Part shown: positions 60,893-64,000 of the stretch, piece after piece
Layout of the letters: the number at the start of each line of letters is the position of its first letter
How positions within the stretch are numbered: position 1 is the first letter of the stretch
DNA from: Chloroflexota bacterium
Lineage (GTDB): Bacteria > Chloroflexota > UBA11872 > VXOZ01
Length of the DNA stretch: 64,000 nucleotides
Assembly (NCBI GenBank): GCA_964291655.2
Contig: OZ219801.1
Span: 320,001 to 384,000 of the forward strand
Reading direction: 5' to 3'
The notes under the pieces: model-generated
Database searches by the model: none
Told to the model about the DNA's origin: nothing
The model's input: the letters and a program-made list of their open reading frames with translations, nothing else
Made by a program: the position numbers and the translations under genes

Positions 60893-61180
60893 TGTACAGA
60901 CCGGGGACATAGGTAACAGTTGTTCGGGGACATGGGTAACACATTTTACTGATTGACACCTACGAGAGCATTGGGTTGGTCCGGGTTTGATAAGAGACTG
61001 GCGACACAGTGCACTCACTTTCCGCCTGTCAGCTTGTGCCAGAGAAACAAACAGTGTGCATAAGGATATTGAGTGGATCTAACTTTCAAGGCAAGGACAT
61101 CGCATACTACGAAAACCCCCTCGTTCTATGGTGTTACCTATGAGCCCGAACAACTGTTACCCATGTCCCCGGTCTATACA
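60893..61180. mobile_element. 288-bp MITE with IS481-type ends (copy 2)
   Basis: Near-identical to copy 1; 5-bp target duplication GGGAG. Confidence 0.9.
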
Positions 61181-61543
61181 GGGAGAGGGTTAGGGTGAGG
61201 GGGGGAGAGTCCCCGCAATCTGGGAGTCTTCTTCTCGTATTTGCACTCTTGCGTATCGGTCTTGCTGTTTAGGAGGATGGGTTAAGCAGAAGTCCCCTCA
61301 CTCCGGCTCTGTCCCCAAGGAGAGGGAGTAAGTCTTGCTCCTCCGGCCAGGGATATGCAAAGGTCTCCCGTAGGGAGAATACGGCACGGATCGGGTCCCC
61401 TCTCCTGGGGGAGAGGGTTAGGGTGAGGGGGAAAGTCCCCGCAGTCTAGGAGTCTTTCCCCGTTATCGCACTCATGCGTTTCGGTCTTGCCATTAAAGAG
61501 GATGGGTTGAGCAGAAGTCCCCTCACCCCGGCCCTCTCCCCAA

Positions 61544-63187
61544 GAGGGTGTCTCAAAAATAGATCTACTGGATATATACTGGTGTGAAGAGAAGCAAGGT
61601 GAGGTGGTGGGATAGTTTGTAGAGAGGTAGTGACGATGCCGTTGAGACCGTTTAGTCGTGAACAGGCCTGGCTGTTGCCGCCGACGCTGGACGAACTGAT
61701 CCCGGACGACCATCCTGTCAGGTTTGCGGCAGCGTTCGTGGACAGCCTCGATGCTGCGGCCTGGGAGGCGATGGAGATTGACCTGCAAGGCGATCCGCGT
61801 GGCGCCGGGGCCTACCATCCGCGCGCGCTGCTGGGCGTATGGGTCTACGGCTTCATGACCGGCGTGCGCTCGAGCCGCAAGCTGGAGGCAGCCTGCCGGG
61901 ATCAGGTACCGTACCTGTGGCTGGTGGGGATGCAGCAGCCGGACCACAACACGCTGTGGCGCTTCTACAAGGCGCACCGCGACCGGATGCGGACGCTGCT
62001 CAAGCGCACGGTGCGCACGGCGGTGCGAGCCGGCCTGGTGGAGTTGGCAATCCAGGCGGTGGACGGCACCAGGATCGCGGCCAACGCCGGGACGCGGCAT
62101 ACCCACGACGCGCAGGGGCTGCAGCGGCTGTTGTCCCGCACCGAGCAAGCGATCGCGGACCTGGAGGCGCAGAACGCCACGGGGGGCGACGCGCCGCCAG
62201 CGACTTTGCCGCAGGAACTTGCCGATGCCCAGGCCCTGCGGCGGCGGGTGGACGACGCGCTCGCCCGCGTCGCGGCTGAGGACGGGCCGCGCTACACGAA
62301 CCTGACTGATGCGGACGCGGCCCTGCTCAAGACTGGCATGGGTGGCTTCATCACCGGCTACAACGCCCAGGCGCTGGTCTCCCCTCTTGCGTCCCCGGAC
62401 GAGGGCGCAGGGGGGAGGTTGATCACAGCCGTGGACGTGAGCGCCAGTGCCGACGACCATCCCCACCTGGCGCCGCTGATCGAGGCGGCGCAGGAGAACA
62501 TCGACGCCGCGCGGGACGTGGTGACCGTTGCGGACGCCGGCTACCATTCGGGGGCCAACCTCGCCACGTGCCACGCCGGCGGCCACACGGTATTGATGCC
62601 CACGACCCACGAGCGCAGACGCCGCAACCCCTACCATAAAGACCACTTCACCTACCGTCCAGAGACCGACACCTACCTGTGTCCCCAGCAAAAGGTGCTC
62701 ACCTACACGCACCGCTTGACCCACAGCAACGGCTACCGGGTCAAGCGGTACCAAGCCAACGGCCGGGACTGCAGAACCTGTCCGGCCTTCGGCGTCTGCA
62801 CCTCCTCCCAGAGGGGCCGCTCCATAAAGATCAGCGCCTACGAGCCAATACTGCAACGGCACAGGCAGTTGATGGCCACCGCGCCTGCCAAGCAGGTGTA
62901 CCGCCGCCGGAGTACCATCGTCGAGCCGGTCTTTGGCCTGCTCAAGGAGTGGCACAGTGCCAGGCGCTTCCTGCTCAGAGGCCGCAGCCACGTGACGTCC
63001 GAATGGCACCTGCTGGCCACCGCGTTCAATCTCAAGAGCCTCCACGCCCTGTGGCGGTCTGGGTGTAGTCCAGCGTCGCCCCGGGGACGAGTCTCTCACT
63101 GGCACCGTCTTGTTCATACCACCCGCCATCTGTCTGTCCTTCTCACCCCATTCACCGTGCCCCGCACCAAAATATTGAGACAGCCTC
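61544..63187 (+). mobile_element. IS1182-family insertion sequence
   Basis: Inverted repeats GAGGGTGTCTCAA / TTGAGACAGCCTC; 4-bp target duplication CCAA. Confidence 0.9.
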
Positions 63188-63204
63188 CCAAGGAGAGGGA
63201 GTAA
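61636..63204 (+). CDS. IS1182 family transposase
   Basis: LLPP.LDELIP.DH, SSRKLE, PDH.TL..F, VDGT.I.ANA, ADAGY, VEPVFG. Confidence 0.93.
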   Translation: MPLRPFSREQAWLLPPTLDELIPDDHPVRFAAAFVDSLDAAAWEAMEIDLQGDPRGAGAYHPRALLGVWVYGFMTGVRSSRKLEAACRDQVPYLWLVGMQQPDHNTLWRFYKAHRDRMRTLLKRTVRTAVRAGLVELAIQAVDGTRIAANAGTRHTHDAQGLQRLLSRTEQAIADLEAQNATGGDAPPATLPQELADAQALRRRVDDALARVAAEDGPRYTNLTDADAALLKTGMGGFITGYNAQALVSPLASPDEGAGGRLITAVDVSASADDHPHLAPLIEAAQENIDAARDVVTVADAGYHSGANLATCHAGGHTVLMPTTHERRRRNPYHKDHFTYRPETDTYLCPQQKVLTYTHRLTHSNGYRVKRYQANGRDCRTCPAFGVCTSSQRGRSIKISAYEPILQRHRQLMATAPAKQVYRRRSTIVEPVFGLLKEWHSARRFLLRGRSHVTSEWHLLATAFNLKSLHALWRSGCSPASPRGRVSHWHRLVHTTRHLSVLLTPFTVPRTKILRQPPKERE

Positions 63205-63725
63205 GTCTTGCTCCTCCGGCCAAGGGATACGCATAGGTCTCCCGGAGGGAGAGTACGGCTCAGTTCCGGTCCCCTCTCCTGGGGGAGAGGGAGGTTTGTT
63301 CGCCTGCAGATGAGTTACGCAAGGGTCTCGTGACGGTAGTGTGGAATCTCCCGGAAACGCGGGCTTAGAGCCTGTGCTTGGCTTTCCATTGCGACGCAAA
63401 CCGCTATTTCACCACTGTTCTTAGCTGGTACGCTCCCTGAGAGGAAGTTGCCAGAGTCAGCAAGAACCGTTCGTGCTAAGGGCTGCGCGGGGCCTCTGTC
63501 GCAGTACAAACGGCTATGGATAGAGGGTCACTATCATCCGATCACCCTTTGACACGCGCAGGGCGAACGGATGGCAAGTGCACGACAGCACCTTTGCAAA
63601 CACCCACTTAGGCGTTCAATACAACAGGGGTCAGAGTTGGCAAGTGCCCGATTTGTCCTGCTCGCTAGGGAAGCCGGTAGTAGCAGAGACCGCATTCAGG
63701 CCACCCTTAAAATGTGAGCGCGGGC

Positions 63726-64000
63726 ATGGCTGAACCACAGAAGCGCACCACAGCGACTATGCGATTAGACCGTCTCCTCGTCGAAAAGACTTTCTTCCCA
63801 AGCCGCGAAAAGGCCGCCTATGCCATTCGCGCCGGCGGCGTGCAGGTAAATGGCCGGACAGTAACCAAACCGGCTGCTCCGGTAAACTCCGACGCCCAAA
63901 TCTTCGTTGATACGCTGAGCACACTCCGCATTGGACGCGGCGAACACAAACTTGCAGGGGTGCTGGAAGAGTTTGGCATAGACTGCGCCGGGAAGATAGC
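63726..64000 (+). CDS. tlyA: TlyA family rRNA methyltransferase (partial, runs off the window)
   Basis: Translates MAEPQK...MRLDRLLV....SREKA...I.AG.V.VNG..VTKP (S4 domain), then GRGEHKL..VLEEF. Confidence 0.8.
   Translation, partial: MAEPQKRTTATMRLDRLLVEKTFFPSREKAAYAIRAGGVQVNGRTVTKPAAPVNSDAQIFVDTLSTLRIGRGEHKLAGVLEEFGIDCAGKI

Larger units (their letters stand above)
58855..63290. repeat. REP/BIME-like tandem array, 225-bp unit, about 3.5 copies
   Basis: Each unit has CCCTCACCCCGGCCCTCTCCC and the inverted GGGAGAGGGTTAGGGTGAGGG; period measured 61291 to 61516. Confidence 0.85.

Noticed and set aside
58855-63290. CRISPR array
   Set aside because: Units are 225 bp and the inter-repeat sequences are themselves repeated; there are no unique spacers and no cas operon.
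61282-63399. 705-aa minus-strand ORF
   Set aside because: Antisense shadow of the IS1182 transposase extended through REP repeats.

Overview
Bacterial window; a Chloroflexota host is likely but only inferred. Left flank (1-10.3 kb): an Smr-domain gene, a 23S-5S rRNA unit with its own promoter and no linked 16S, tandem YfbK-like VWA lipoprotein paralogs (one frameshifted) and a Gfo/Idh/MocA oxidoreductase. Centre: a ~44.6 kb integrative conjugative element (ICE, 12294-56912) inserted at the 3' end of tRNA-Ala(GGC) by a large serine recombinase (LSR) whose own 3' end lies in the att site. The ICE carries a minimal monoderm-type T4SS (VirB6-like, two pilins, PrgI, VirB4, VirD4-like, Replic_Relax protein). 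It also carries a minus-strand DNA-metabolism/establishment block (primase, Rad52-like, PD-(D/E)XK exonuclease, SSB, RadC, MTase, SF2 helicase) punctuated by a repeated double-hairpin element, and a group II intron with a passenger ORF. The main hidden structure: six crossover-like sites share the geometry GTTCT-N7-STCMA-N7-GG-N7-TTGAS. They delimit integrase-less cargo cassettes (adhesin, ABC binding protein) that cut into other genes, which suggests LSR-driven cassette capture. Right flank: oxidoreductase, RidA-like gene, a 225-bp REP/BIME array hit by IS481, two 288-bp MITEs and IS1182, and partial tlyA.
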